DNA from: a bacterium
GTDB taxonomy: Bacteria > JAHJDO01
Assembly (NCBI GenBank): GCA_043824255.1
Contig: JBDRTG010000047.1
Coordinates: forward strand, 128,001-192,000
Reading direction: 5' to 3'
Length of the DNA stretch: 64,000 bases
Below are positions 38,428 through 49,069 of this stretch, one piece after another. Within the stretch, counting starts at the first letter, position 1, and every line of letters starts with the position of its first letter. Below the pieces are notes generated by a model. It saw only the letters and a program-made list of their open reading frames with translations, was not told where the DNA came from and did no database searches. The position numbers and the translations under genes were made by a program.

Positions 38428-40463
38428 CTATTTTTGGTCAGGTTATATCTGTATAAACGGAAAGTATTGGGTTTATCCAGTCCTATCTTGATTTTTGTTT
38501 TTTTAGCGGTGTTAATAACTATATCTTCCGAATTATCAGATAAGCTCTTTAAACGGATAGTTTTCCCTTCAAGAAACTTTAGTTTAAACTGGTTTTCTTG
38601 CTTCTTATTTAACTCTCTATAGACAATAATGAAACCTGATCTCTCTTTAAAATTGTGTGACTGGAAACCTGTCCATGAGTGGCCAGACGGCTTTTGTCCT
38701 ATTGGGAGTATATTGCCTGCGAAGATTCCCTTTCTATGTTTTCTGTGAAGTTTCAGAATCTTTTTTACCTTGGACTTTGCGCTTGTAGAAAACCCTGAAG
38801 GATTACCCCATGATAGAGGATTTGCAAACATGGTTATTGCGGTTACATACTCCTGCGAATAAGCAGAAGGGCATAGAGCCTTATCTGAATAGACATCTTC
38901 ATTAGTCTTTTCTACATCGTTAAACTCAATCTGTAATCTCTGAGTCGGGATGTATTTACTTAACATCCATAAGTTGCAAAGGGTCCGCCATGGATAGTAT
39001 TGTTGGGAACCCGCTTTTGTATGATACCTGTTTTCCAAAAAGATATTTCCGTATTCCAGAAACATCATGTACCCAGGTCTCATTCCATTTGTTGTATCCA
39101 GATTAAAGTAGATTTCTCCTCTGGAGCGAATTCTGAGATTTCTAAATAGCTTTTCAAGATTTTCTTCTGCTTCTTTATTCTGTATAACCACAGCATCAAT
39201 CTTGAATATCTTTATATTGTATTTTTCATATAATTCAAACAAGACTTCTGCTTGCTCCTTCCAATCTCTATAATTTTTATTAAATGAAGGGGCAAACCAG
39301 AGGCAAATATCAACATTGTGCTTTTTAGCAGCTACAGCTATCTCTTTAAAGCCGTTGAGAAATATATCCATTCTTGTTGCCCACGATGCCTTATCTAAAA
39401 ACATGTTATTAATACTAAGTTTTGCGAGTGTTCCATAGCTATGCCATCCATCATCAATTTGATATTGATCAATCCCTGCCTCGCTACAAGCCTTAATCTC
39501 TTTTTCTATAAATTTATTATTTATTTTTTTATACCAATCCCCACCTCCCCATGGATTAGCCATTATCATATAATTTTTCTTAGGATTATTCTTAAATCTC
39601 CCGTTAAAATATCTTTTAAACTCCGACTGTCCATAATCAAAATCCTTTGAATAAACTCCTAATACGCTAACATAGCTTTTTACCAAAGAGTCTTTAAATT
39701 CATTTGGAAGAATGCCCCAACCAAGGCTTTTTATGCTACTTCCCTGAATCATGAAATCCCCTTGTGATTCTCTCCTTCTCTCCCAGCTTGGAGGAGCTTC
39801 CTGGGCAAGAAAAAGTCCGTTTCTATCTTTTTTATCCTGTATAAATAGCAAGTTACCTAATAACGAAATTTCTTTTTGAGTCTTCTTCGTAATATCCTTT
39901 TCAATAACAATGTGATTTGTATAATCTGTCCTACCACAAAATTGCACACATTTAAGGGTATAATCTTTGATATTCAATTGAATTCTATCAATAATATTTT
40001 CTGTCTTCCTAGTCTCGATATTTGATGAACGTTTTTTCACTAGAGAATAAAAATTCGGCATGACAGGTGTCTTTATTCTAATCCTTGTAGCTAAGGCAGA
40101 GATTTCTGGATAGACGTAATAATCTCTAAAAAGGTTTATTTTCTGAACAGGTTCATAAAGACTAATAGTTAAAACGATACAATCATTCTGGAAAATATTA
40201 TCCCTTATTATTTTTGCTTTTATGTTTTTCAGAAAAAGGTCGACAGACGTTTCATCATATTTTTCCAAAAGTCCAACATAGGAAAAATCATGGACATTTG
40301 TGTTCTCAAGCACCCATTCTTTATTATTAGTTTTATCTATAAAACTTTCTGTATAAAAGCGTCTGTTTTTAATTCTTAGAATCCTTTTTATTTTGCTGTT
40401 TTCTAATATAATACGATCTTTTGTCCAGCTAACACTGCAGTCTTTGAATTTGATTTGTGACAT
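38424..40463 (-). CDS. Alpha-galactosidase-like glycoside hydrolase (GH36/clan D)
   Basis: YQIDDGW, LWFAP, FKID and FLENRY motifs; follows galK. Confidence 0.75.
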   Translation of the reverse strand: MSQIKFKDCSVSWTKDRIILENSKIKRILRIKNRRFYTESFIDKTNNKEWVLENTNVHDFSYVGLLEKYDETSVDLFLKNIKAKIIRDNIFQNDCIVLTISLYEPVQKINLFRDYYVYPEISALATRIRIKTPVMPNFYSLVKKRSSNIETRKTENIIDRIQLNIKDYTLKCVQFCGRTDYTNHIVIEKDITKKTQKEISLLGNLLFIQDKKDRNGLFLAQEAPPSWERRRESQGDFMIQGSSIKSLGWGILPNEFKDSLVKSYVSVLGVYSKDFDYGQSEFKRYFNGRFKNNPKKNYMIMANPWGGGDWYKKINNKFIEKEIKACSEAGIDQYQIDDGWHSYGTLAKLSINNMFLDKASWATRMDIFLNGFKEIAVAAKKHNVDICLWFAPSFNKNYRDWKEQAEVLFELYEKYNIKIFKIDAVVIQNKEAEENLEKLFRNLRIRSRGEIYFNLDTTNGMRPGYMMFLEYGNIFLENRYHTKAGSQQYYPWRTLCNLWMLSKYIPTQRLQIEFNDVEKTNEDVYSDKALCPSAYSQEYVTAITMFANPLSWGNPSGFSTSAKSKVKKILKLHRKHRKGIFAGNILPIGQKPSGHSWTGFQSHNFKERSGFIIVYRELNKKQENQFKLKFLEGKTIRLKSLSDNSEDIVINTAKKTKIKIGLDKPNTFRLYRYNLTKNS

Positions 40464-40552
40464 GTTTATTTCATTTCCTTAGTTATTCAACTGATTAAAC
40501 TCCCATATACCCAAATTGAGGCACATATTAAGATCGTAATAATTAAATATCT

Positions 40553-41725
40553 TTACGCCATCTCTCTTGCCCCATTTTCCGGATTGCAGATATAAATTTG
40601 CGATTTAATGCCTGTCCTCTTTTGATATTCTTTGCTTACTACCCGGACAAATTTATCAATAACATCTTTTTTGACAATATTTACAGTGCAGCCCCCAAAC
40701 CCGCCGCCAGTCATTCTGGCTCCAATTACACCATTAATGCTTCTTGCAATATCTACCATTATATCAAGCTCAAAACAGCTTACTTCATAATCACTCTTTA
40801 GGCTTTCATGTGATTCATTCATTAGCCTGCCAAACTCAAGTATGTCATTCTTGCCCAGAGCGTTTACAGCATTTAATACACGTCTGTTTTCATAAAGAAC
40901 ATGTTTGCATCTTTTCTGTGCGATCTCATCAAGCGAGTCTTTATATTTCTCAAATTCTTCTATAGATACATCTCTAAGCGTTTCTATTTGTGGAAGAAAT
41001 CTTTTAAGACTGGATACTGCTCTTTCACATGTTGCTCTTCGCTTATTATATTCTGAGCTAGCAAGTTCTCTTTTCACATTTGTATTACAAACAACCACGT
41101 TAAATCCCTCTAATTTCAAAAGTATATTTTTATAAGAAAGATCTCTGCAATCAAGAAACAGTGCATGGTCTTTTTTCCCCAGCATAGAAACAAACTGGTC
41201 CATAATGCCACAGTTCACCCCAACAAACTTGTTCTCTGCTCTCTGGCACAGTTTAATCATCTCTATAGAGGATATTTCAAGATCAAACAGCGTTTTGAAA
41301 AAATATGCTGTCGCAACTTCAAGCGCAGCAGAAGAGCTAAGTCCAGCTCCCTCAGGAATATCTCCTCCAAAAACAATATCTGCACCATTAATATCAGCTT
41401 TTATCTCTAATAAAGAATTTAGTACCCCCCCCATATAATTTACCCACATCTTTTCTTTATTGAACTGAATAGAATCAATATCAAACTGAACATCTTGGTC
41501 ATAATTTATTGAGTATACTCGTATAATTCTATCATTGCGTTTTGTTCCAGCTATATAAATATTTCTATCTATAGCAATAGGCAAAACAAATCCCCCATTA
41601 TAATCAGTATGTTCACCAATCAGGTTAATCCGTCCGGGGGCAGAGACAGTGAGTAAGTCTTGAGAATCCTTTTTAAAGAACTCTTGATATGTATTTTTGA
41701 TATTTTTTATGTTAAATTTATACAA
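40553..41725 (-). CDS. galK: Galactokinase
   Basis: APGRINLIGEHTDYN, GAGLSSSAA, CGIMDQF and GARMTGGGFGGC motifs. Confidence 0.97.
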   Translation of the reverse strand: MYKFNIKNIKNTYQEFFKKDSQDLLTVSAPGRINLIGEHTDYNGGFVLPIAIDRNIYIAGTKRNDRIIRVYSINYDQDVQFDIDSIQFNKEKMWVNYMGGVLNSLLEIKADINGADIVFGGDIPEGAGLSSSAALEVATAYFFKTLFDLEISSIEMIKLCQRAENKFVGVNCGIMDQFVSMLGKKDHALFLDCRDLSYKNILLKLEGFNVVVCNTNVKRELASSEYNKRRATCERAVSSLKRFLPQIETLRDVSIEEFEKYKDSLDEIAQKRCKHVLYENRRVLNAVNALGKNDILEFGRLMNESHESLKSDYEVSCFELDIMVDIARSINGVIGARMTGGGFGGCTVNIVKKDVIDKFVRVVSKEYQKRTGIKSQIYICNPENGAREMA

Positions 41726-42317
41726 ACTTAAGAGACTTTCGTATAAGCTCTTCTATCTTTATCTCTTCTTTTGTTTCAGATAGCACCCTGTCAACAGCTC
41801 TTTGTGCAATAGCGCGGGAATATCCCAATGAAATCAATGCGGATATACTGTCATTGATTACAGAGCGTTCCTCAGGATCCTTGCCAATTAGATAAGATTT
41901 CTCTCTGTCTGTTAAAACACCTATTTTATCCTTGAGTTCTACTATGATTCGCTGTGCAGTTTTTTTGCCTATGCCTGGGATTGTGGTTAATATCCCAACA
42001 TCTTCATCCACAACGGCAGCCTTAAATCTATCAACTTTTATAGCAGATAAAATCCTTACAGCCACGCTTGGGCCTATTCCCGATATGGAAATCAGTGTTT
42101 TGAAAAAACCCTTCTCATCTTCAGTTGCAAAGCCATAGAGTTCCAGCTTATCTTCTCTCACATAAAGATAGGTAAAAATCTTTAGTTTTTCCCCGGCTTT
42201 ACTAATTTGATTATATGTAGTCAGTGAAATATGCATTTCATAGCCAACTCCACCAACATCTATGACAATAAGTGCTGGTGTTTTAACCGATAACTTTCCT
42301 TCTATGTATCCTATCAT
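41718..42317 (-). CDS. ruvA: Holliday junction branch migration protein RuvA
   Basis: GGVGYE, LYGF, ISGIGP, IPGIGKKTAQRIIVELKDK and ALISLGY motifs. Confidence 0.97.
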   Translation of the reverse strand: MIGYIEGKLSVKTPALIVIDVGGVGYEMHISLTTYNQISKAGEKLKIFTYLYVREDKLELYGFATEDEKGFFKTLISISGIGPSVAVRILSAIKVDRFKAAVVDEDVGILTTIPGIGKKTAQRIIVELKDKIGVLTDREKSYLIGKDPEERSVINDSISALISLGYSRAIAQRAVDRVLSETKEEIKIEELIRKSLKFV

Positions 42318-42804
42318 TTTTTCCTCTAGGTACTGATCGATTTATATAACACAGGGCAATAGCCAAAGCGTCTGCTACATCGTCGGGCTTTGGTGTTTCC
42401 TCGAGATGCAAAAGCTTTTTTACCATAAACTGAACCTGCTGTTTGGATGCTTTCCCATATCCCACTATAGCTAGCTTTATTTCCAAAGGTGTGTAGGACG
42501 CTATTTCAAGACCAGCATTAACACCAGCTACTATAATCGCCCCTCTTGCTTGTCCTACCTGAAGAGCAGTTTTTACATTCTTGCAAAAAAACAATTCTTC
42601 GATACTAAGGACATCAGGATTATACTTTTCTATTATATCAGAGATTTTAGCATAAATCATCTTGAGACGATTAAAAAATGGCTCATCCTTGGATGTTTCT
42701 ATGCATCCAAATCTTAAAGGTGAAAGAGCATCTTTTCCCTGCTGGGTTTCTATAATTGCGTAGCCTGTTCTGGCAACACCCGGGTCAATACCAAGAATGC
42801 GCAC
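42283..42804 (-). CDS. ruvC: Crossover junction endodeoxyribonuclease RuvC
   Basis: ILGIDPG, IEELFF, GQARG, GYGKASKQQV and DDVADALAIA motifs. Confidence 0.97.
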   Translation of the reverse strand: MRILGIDPGVARTGYAIIETQQGKDALSPLRFGCIETSKDEPFFNRLKMIYAKISDIIEKYNPDVLSIEELFFCKNVKTALQVGQARGAIIVAGVNAGLEIASYTPLEIKLAIVGYGKASKQQVQFMVKKLLHLEETPKPDDVADALAIALCYINRSVPRGKNDRIHRRKVIG

Positions 42805-43547
42805 TATATCTTTTCCATTTCCTCATCAGAGATATCAAAGTTACTATAAACATGCTGCACATCATCATGATCTTCGAGTGTCTCCATAAGATGAAGCACC
42901 TGTTCAGCCTTTTTCCCTGCAACAGAAACTGTGTTCTTAGGTATCATAGTTATTTCTGCCAGCTCAGGAGTGATGCCCTCTTCCAGAATTGCTGCCTTCA
43001 CTTGTTCAAGAGTCTGAGAATTAGTTATAATCTCGTAGAAATCACTCTCTGTGTTCATATCTTCAGCTCCAGCGTCTAAAACAATTTCCATAAGTCTATC
43101 CTCAAGTACAGCATCTTTTTTAACATGACATAAGCCTTTTTTCTCAAACATCCACGCTACACTTCCTGCTTCAGCAAGATGTCCGCCATTTTTTGAGAAA
43201 ACATGTTTTATTTCAGAAGCTGTACGATTCTTATTATCAGTAAGAAGTTCTGCATAAATAGCTACTCCGGCAGGACCGTATCCTTCATACGCAAGCTCTT
43301 CGTAGTTCACTCCGGGTAATTCTCCTGTCCCTTTTTTAATTGCACGCTCTACATTTGACGCAGGCATGTTTGCATCCTTAGCTGCCTGAATAGCACTTCT
43401 TAGTCTGGCATTAGCACTGACATCGCCTCCTCCGCTGCGTGCAGCAACAGATATCTCCTTGATAAGCTTTGTAAATATCTTTCCGCGTTGCGCATCAACC
43501 TTTGCCTTCTTATGCTTGATTGATGCCCATTTTGAATGACCTGACAT
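42804..43547 (-). CDS. yebC: YebC/PmpR family protein
   Basis: MSGHSKWASIKHKK, YEGYGPAG and TDNKNRT motifs. Confidence 0.97.
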   Translation of the reverse strand: MSGHSKWASIKHKKAKVDAQRGKIFTKLIKEISVAARSGGGDVSANARLRSAIQAAKDANMPASNVERAIKKGTGELPGVNYEELAYEGYGPAGVAIYAELLTDNKNRTASEIKHVFSKNGGHLAEAGSVAWMFEKKGLCHVKKDAVLEDRLMEIVLDAGAEDMNTESDFYEIITNSQTLEQVKAAILEEGITPELAEITMIPKNTVSVAGKKAEQVLHLMETLEDHDDVQHVYSNFDISDEEMEKI

Positions 43548-43552
43548 CTATT

Positions 43553-45595
43553 CTATCCTTTCTTCATTTTCTCTGTTTCTTCAACAACTTTAGTGCCTAT
43601 TTGCGCAGGAACCTGTTCATAATGCGAAAACTGCATGCTGTAAGTACCGCTTCCCTGTGTCATAGATTTAAGATCTGTTGCATACTTATAGAGCTCAGCC
43701 AAAGGAACATTCGCCTTTATTGTTTGAGTGTTTTCATCTGTATCAATTCCAATAATTCTCCCGCGTCTGGAGTTCAGGTCTCCATTAACATCTCCCATAT
43801 ATTGAGAAGGAATCGTAACCTCTATCTCCATGATCGGTTCCATTAACACAGGATTTGCCGCCGTCATAGCATCCTTAAACGCCATAGAGGCAGCTATCTG
43901 AAAGGCTATATCAGAGGAATCAACAGTATGAAATGTGCCATCATACAGAGATATACTTAAATCAACAACTGGATAGCCAGCAATAACTCCCTTTTGAATT
44001 GCCTGCTTTAATCCCTTTTCAACTGAAGAAATAAATTTGGCTGGAATAGCGCCTCCAACTATCTTATTAACAAACTCAAATCCCTTGCCAGTTTCCAGCG
44101 GTCCAACTTCAATATATACCTCAGCATATTGGCCGCGTCCCCCGGACTGTTTTTTGTATTTAGTATGACCTTTTGCAGATTTCCTTATTGTTTCTCTATA
44201 CGGAATTCTTGGTTTTTCCATACTAACATTCACACCAAATTTTTTTGCCAGTTTACTCACAATAACCTCCAAATGAAGTTCTCCAAGCCCGGAAATAATT
44301 GTTTGTCCGAATTCCTTATCAACTTCCACTCCTAATGTGGGATCCTCCTCTTTTAATCTGGTCAAAGCCGTACCAATTTTATCTTCGTCTTTTCTTGCCT
44401 CAGGTTTAATGGCGAATGATATGATTGATAGAGGAAATTTAAGAGGAGAAAAAACTATAGGATTTCCATGATCACATAAAGTATCACCTGTTTTCGTATT
44501 TTTCAGCTTAGCAACTATTCCAATATCCCCTGTATGGAGTTTATTTACATCTATTTTATTCTTTCCCTGCATTTGCACAATTTGTCCAAGTCTTTCCTTC
44601 TCCATTCTGGAAGAATTATAAACATCTGATGATGAAGATACTGTGCCCGAATATATTCTAAAAAAGCTCAGTTCCCCAAGATGAGGCTCGGATACGGTTT
44701 TAAATACCAACGCGCTAAATGGATCCGAATCATTAGCTTTCCTTTCTACGGCTTCATCTGTATTTGGCTTTTTCCCTGAAACAGTACCATCTACAACAGG
44801 AGACAGCATAGAAGAGATTATTAAATCTGTAAGCAATTTTACTCCTGTGTTGTTTAATGCAGAGCCGCACATTACCGGAATAAATAATCCTGATTGAATA
44901 CTTTTACTTAATGCGTTAGAAAGTTCCTCCTGAGAGAGTTCCTTCCCTTCAAGATATTTTTCTATCAAGGCATCATCTGTTTCAGCTAATGCCTCAACTA
45001 ATTTTTCCCTGTATTTATTTGCTTGATCTGAAAGAGCTTCAGGGATATTTGCCTTCATATTTAGTAAATCAATAACCCCATTAAAGGAAGATCCTTCTCC
45101 GATCGGAATCTGTAAAGGGATAACCCTTTCTTTGAATGTTTTTGCAGCAGACTCAATAATCTTGAAAAAATTTGAACCATCCCTACCTATTTTATTCACA
45201 AAAATTAATCTGCTTGAAGCTTCAGACTTTACCAGATTCCAGATCCTCTCATTCTGCAGGCTAACTTCTGTTGTAGAGTCACATATTATTATTACATTAT
45301 TTACAACTCTAAGCGCAGAGTTTAGTTCTCCTGTAAAGTCAGCATAACCAGGAGTATCAATAACATTTATTTTGATATCATCATATTCACATGCACAGAC
45401 CTTTGAAGTTATTGTTGTCATTCTTTGTGTTTCTTCAGGAAGATAATCAAAATTACTTGATCCCTCGTCTACCTTGCCCAGTCTGTTTGAACCCCCGCAG
45501 TTGTATAGAATTGCTTCTGCAAGAGAAGTCTTACCAGAGCTTGCTTGCCCTACCAGAACAATATTTCTTATGTTTTCGCTGGTACATTCCTTCAT
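43553..45595 (-). CDS. Elongation factor G paralog (EF-G-like)
   Basis: Full EF-G domain layout (DTPGYADF, GLGELHL, YRETI, KKQSGGRGQY, LMEPIM) with divergent G motifs. Confidence 0.92.
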   Translation of the reverse strand: MKECTSENIRNIVLVGQASSGKTSLAEAILYNCGGSNRLGKVDEGSSNFDYLPEETQRMTTITSKVCACEYDDIKINVIDTPGYADFTGELNSALRVVNNVIIICDSTTEVSLQNERIWNLVKSEASSRLIFVNKIGRDGSNFFKIIESAAKTFKERVIPLQIPIGEGSSFNGVIDLLNMKANIPEALSDQANKYREKLVEALAETDDALIEKYLEGKELSQEELSNALSKSIQSGLFIPVMCGSALNNTGVKLLTDLIISSMLSPVVDGTVSGKKPNTDEAVERKANDSDPFSALVFKTVSEPHLGELSFFRIYSGTVSSSSDVYNSSRMEKERLGQIVQMQGKNKIDVNKLHTGDIGIVAKLKNTKTGDTLCDHGNPIVFSPLKFPLSIISFAIKPEARKDEDKIGTALTRLKEEDPTLGVEVDKEFGQTIISGLGELHLEVIVSKLAKKFGVNVSMEKPRIPYRETIRKSAKGHTKYKKQSGGRGQYAEVYIEVGPLETGKGFEFVNKIVGGAIPAKFISSVEKGLKQAIQKGVIAGYPVVDLSISLYDGTFHTVDSSDIAFQIAASMAFKDAMTAANPVLMEPIMEIEVTIPSQYMGDVNGDLNSRRGRIIGIDTDENTQTIKANVPLAELYKYATDLKSMTQGSGTYSMQFSHYEQVPAQIGTKVVEETEKMKKG

Positions 45596-45671
45596 AAATG
45601 CCCCCCTTTTGCTAGTGTAAATATATCCTTCAAACTATAGCACAGCGATATTTATCTTTTCAATAAGAATA

Positions 45672-45700
45672 TTGACAAAGCCCTAAATGTTGTTCATAAT
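45672..45700 (+). promoter_or_regulatory. Sigma70 promoter of serS-hflKC-tRNA-Ser
   Basis: TTGACA-17 bp-CATAAT. Confidence 0.65.
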
Positions 45701-45728
45701 GCGGAACAGTTTTGTGGGAGTTAATATC

Positions 45729-47000
45729 ATGCTGGATATAAAATTTATAAGAGAAAAAACGAGCTGTGTAAAAAAAGCAGTAAAAAACAGAAATATGTCA
45801 GTGGATATTGATGAAATATTAGCCATCGATGAAGAAAGAAGGTTATTGCTCGGAAATGTAGAAGCTCTTAAGCAAGAAAGAAATACTGCTTCAACAGAAA
45901 TCTCAAGACTTAAAAAAGGGGGAGAAGACACAAACACTTTAATCAGTGAAATGAGGTTAATATCCCAAAAAATCAAAGAATTAGATGAGAAATTGGGTGG
46001 CGTAGATGAAAAATTGTACCAAAAGCTACTGTTTGTCCCAAATATTCCACACAAGACAACGCCAATTGGCAAGTCAGAAAAGGACAATGTTGAGATTAAA
46101 AAATGGGGGAGGATACCAAAATTCACTTTTACTCCAAAGACTCATTGGGAAATTGCAAAACATCTGGATATACTGGATTTTGAGAGAGCTTCAAAGATAA
46201 CAGGCAGCCACTTTTGTCTTTATAAGGGCTCAGGCGCCAGACTTGAAAGGGCGCTTATAAATTTCATGCTTGATATTCACACAAAAAAGCATGGCTATAA
46301 AGAAGTATCAACTCCCTTTATAGCAAACAGGCTTTCTATGACAGGCACAGGGCAGCTGCCCAAAATGGAAGAAGATATGTATAGATGCGAGATAGACGAT
46401 TTTTTTCTCATACCAACTGCAGAAGTACCCGTTACAAATATACATAGAGACGAGGTATTAAAAGAGGATGATTTGCCAATCTGCTATACAGCGTATTCTC
46501 CATGCTTTAGAAGAGAAGCCGGCTCTTATGGGAAAGACACCAGAGGACTTAATAGAGTACATCAATTTGATAAGGTTGAAATGGTGAAGTTCGTAAAGCC
46601 TGAGAACTCTTATGATGAGCTTGAATCTTTACTTAAAAACGCAGAAACTATACTTCGCAAATTAGAGCTTCCATACAGGGTTATTGTGCTGAATACAACA
46701 GATATTTCGTTTGCAGCAGCAAAATGCTATGATATTGAGGTATGGGGAGCTGGACAAAATAAGTATTTTGAAGTTTCTTCCTGTAGTAATTTTGAGGATT
46801 TTCAGGCAAGACGTGCTAATATAAGGTTCAGAAGAAAACAGACAGAAAAGGTAGAGTTTGTGCACACCTTGAACGGTTCTGGTGTGGCTCTTGCAAGAAC
46901 CGTTGTTGCGCTTCTGGAAAATAATCAAAGGGAAGATGGAAGTGTTTTAATCCCCAAAGCTCTCCAGCCCTACATGGATGGGATGGAGGTTATAGAATAA
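45729..47000 (+). CDS. serS: Serine--tRNA ligase
   Basis: [39 protein letters not shown] and HTLNGSG motifs; GGGAG RBS. Confidence 0.98.
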   Translation: MLDIKFIREKTSCVKKAVKNRNMSVDIDEILAIDEERRLLLGNVEALKQERNTASTEISRLKKGGEDTNTLISEMRLISQKIKELDEKLGGVDEKLYQKLLFVPNIPHKTTPIGKSEKDNVEIKKWGRIPKFTFTPKTHWEIAKHLDILDFERASKITGSHFCLYKGSGARLERALINFMLDIHTKKHGYKEVSTPFIANRLSMTGTGQLPKMEEDMYRCEIDDFFLIPTAEVPVTNIHRDEVLKEDDLPICYTAYSPCFRREAGSYGKDTRGLNRVHQFDKVEMVKFVKPENSYDELESLLKNAETILRKLELPYRVIVLNTTDISFAAAKCYDIEVWGAGQNKYFEVSSCSNFEDFQARRANIRFRRKQTEKVEFVHTLNGSGVALARTVVALLENNQREDGSVLIPKALQPYMDGMEVIE

Positions 47001-47012
47001 AAAGGAGGAATT

Positions 47013-48023
47013 ATGGAATACGGTGGTGGTAGTGGTTCGGATGATCTAGAACGCATGATTAATTTAGGGAAGCAGAAGCTCAGTAAGTTTGGAGGCGTAG
47101 TTCCACTTATAGTCGTTGGCTTCTTTATATTGATACTGCTAAAAAGCGCAATCTATTCCATTGGTCCGGATGAGGTAGGCGTTATACAGCGCTTTGGCAA
47201 ATATATTGCTCCGCCAGTCGGATCAGGGTTACATGTAAAGCTGCCATTTGGAATAGACAAGGTAACCCCTGTAAAAGTTGAGCGTATATCTAAACAGGAG
47301 TTTGGCGTGAGGACTCTTCGTTCAGGAGTAAGAACCCAATATTCAACCGGTTCTTATCTTGATGAATCTCTGATGCTTACAGGCGATCTCAATATTCTGG
47401 ATGTGCGCTGGATTGTGCAGTTCAGGGTAAAAGATCCTGTACAACTGCTTTTTAATACCAGAGATCCTGAGGATAATGTACGTGATATCTCCGAGGTAGT
47501 GATGCGGAGGTTCGTAGGTAATTACAGCGTAGATGAGGTCCTCAGCACAAAGAGAGAAGAGATTGATGACCTTGCGCATATTGAGATGCAAAAGATATTG
47601 GATAAGTATGAAACAGGGATTCAGATCGTTACTGTGAAACTTCAGGATGTAAATCCTCCTGATGAAGTAAAGCCTGCATTTAACGAGGTCAATGAGGCGA
47701 AGCAGGAAAGAGAGAGGGTAATCAACCAGGCGCGGCAGGCGTATAACAAGATTATCCCGCGAGCTAAAGGCGAGGCTGAGCAAACAATACGAGAGGCTGA
47801 AGGATACGCTCTGGACAAAATAAACAGAGCAAAAGGTGAAGCAGAGAGATTCTCGACAGTACTCGCGGAATACAAGAAAGCCCCGGATATAACCCAAAAA
47901 AGGCTTTACTTAGAGACAATGATGGAGGTTTTACCTAATGCAAAAGAAAAGTATATAATTGACCCGAAGCAGTCTTCAATATTGCCACTGCTTAATCTTG
48001 GACAAAAAGGAGGAGTAAAATAA
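47013..48023 (+). CDS. hflK: FtsH protease modulator HflK
   Basis: SPFH domain; MLTGDLNI, VNPP..V..AFNEV, AKGEAERF and RLYLETM motifs. Confidence 0.94.
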   Translation: MEYGGGSGSDDLERMINLGKQKLSKFGGVVPLIVVGFFILILLKSAIYSIGPDEVGVIQRFGKYIAPPVGSGLHVKLPFGIDKVTPVKVERISKQEFGVRTLRSGVRTQYSTGSYLDESLMLTGDLNILDVRWIVQFRVKDPVQLLFNTRDPEDNVRDISEVVMRRFVGNYSVDEVLSTKREEIDDLAHIEMQKILDKYETGIQIVTVKLQDVNPPDEVKPAFNEVNEAKQERERVINQARQAYNKIIPRAKGEAEQTIREAEGYALDKINRAKGEAERFSTVLAEYKKAPDITQKRLYLETMMEVLPNAKEKYIIDPKQSSILPLLNLGQKGGVK

Positions 48024-48976
48024 TGAAAAAACTTTTAAATATATTTATTGCCTTAATTATCTTAATAATACTTATAGCTATGAGCGGTGTGATGTATGTT
48101 GTAGATGAGACGAAACAGGTTGTGATAACCCAATTTGGCAAACCTGTTGGTAATCCAATTACAAACGCAGGACTGCACTTTAAAAAACCATTTATTCAGA
48201 AAGCGCGTTACTTTGAGAAACGGCTTCTTGAGTGGGATGGCGATCCCAATCAGATTCCCACCAATGATAAAAAATATATCTGGGTTGATGCTACTGCACG
48301 CTGGAAGATTGTTGATGCGTTGAAATTTCTGCAGTCGGTGAACAATGAGATGGGAGCTCACGCAAGGATTGATGACATTATCAATTCAGCAACCAGGGAT
48401 ACAATTACAAGGCATCTCCTTGTTGAGACAGTAAGAAATTCCAATCGCATTGTAGACGAGGTGAAAGAAGTGGGGAAAGACGTAATAATTACTGACGAAG
48501 CCCTTGAACGCATAGAAGTAGGCCGGAACAAATTAGAGGAGATAATCTTACACGATGCAAAAGAACTTGCTCCCAAGTATGGCATAGAACTTGTTGATGT
48601 GCGAATTAAGCGGGTCAATTATGTAGAAGATGTAAGGAGAAAAGTCTATGATCGTATGATTTCCGAGAGAAAGCGCGCTGCTGAACAATATCGCTCTGAA
48701 GGACAGGGCAGACGCGCTGAAATAGACGGACAGAGAGGAAAGGAACTCAAACTAATTACATCTGAAGCATATAGGCAAGCTGAGGGGTTAAAAGGCAAGG
48801 CGGATGCTGAGGTAATAGGCATCTATGCCGCGGCATATAACCAGGATCCTGAGTTTTATTCATTCTTAAAAACCCTTGAGACGTATAAAAAGACCATTGA
48901 TGAGAACAGCACAATAATCCTTACAACGGACAGTGATTATTACAAGTACCTGAAAGGACTGAATCTTATTAAATAA
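48023..48976 (+). CDS. hflC: FtsH protease modulator HflC
   Basis: QFGKPV, GLHFK, DVRIKR, RMISER and DPEFYSF motifs. Confidence 0.94.
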   Translation: MKKLLNIFIALIILIILIAMSGVMYVVDETKQVVITQFGKPVGNPITNAGLHFKKPFIQKARYFEKRLLEWDGDPNQIPTNDKKYIWVDATARWKIVDALKFLQSVNNEMGAHARIDDIINSATRDTITRHLLVETVRNSNRIVDEVKEVGKDVIITDEALERIEVGRNKLEEIILHDAKELAPKYGIELVDVRIKRVNYVEDVRRKVYDRMISERKRAAEQYRSEGQGRRAEIDGQRGKELKLITSEAYRQAEGLKGKADAEVIGIYAAAYNQDPEFYSFLKTLETYKKTIDENSTIILTTDSDYYKYLKGLNLIK

Positions 48977-48981
48977 AGATC

Positions 48982-49069
48982 GGAGGGATGGCTGAGTGGC
49001 TGAAAGCGGCGGTCTTGAAAACCGTTTTCCGGCAACGGAACGTGGGTTCAAATCCTACTCCCTCCGCCA
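48982..49069 (+). tRNA. tRNA-Ser(TGA)
   Basis: GGAGGGATGGCTGAGTGG...GCGGT-CTTGAAA-ACCGT, long variable arm, GGTTCAAATCC, CCCTCCGCCA. Confidence 0.96.

Noticed and set aside
47343..47897. Long antisense or overlapping ORFs (also 37290-37838, 59340-59879, 13861-14316, 45683-46126 and others)
   Set aside because: Shadow frames of well-supported genes, with no motifs or RBS
48982..49069. tRNA with TGA in the anticodon loop as a selenocysteine or suppressor tRNA
   Set aside because: Anticodon TGA reads UCA (Ser); tRNA-Sec would have TCA; no recoded genes are evident
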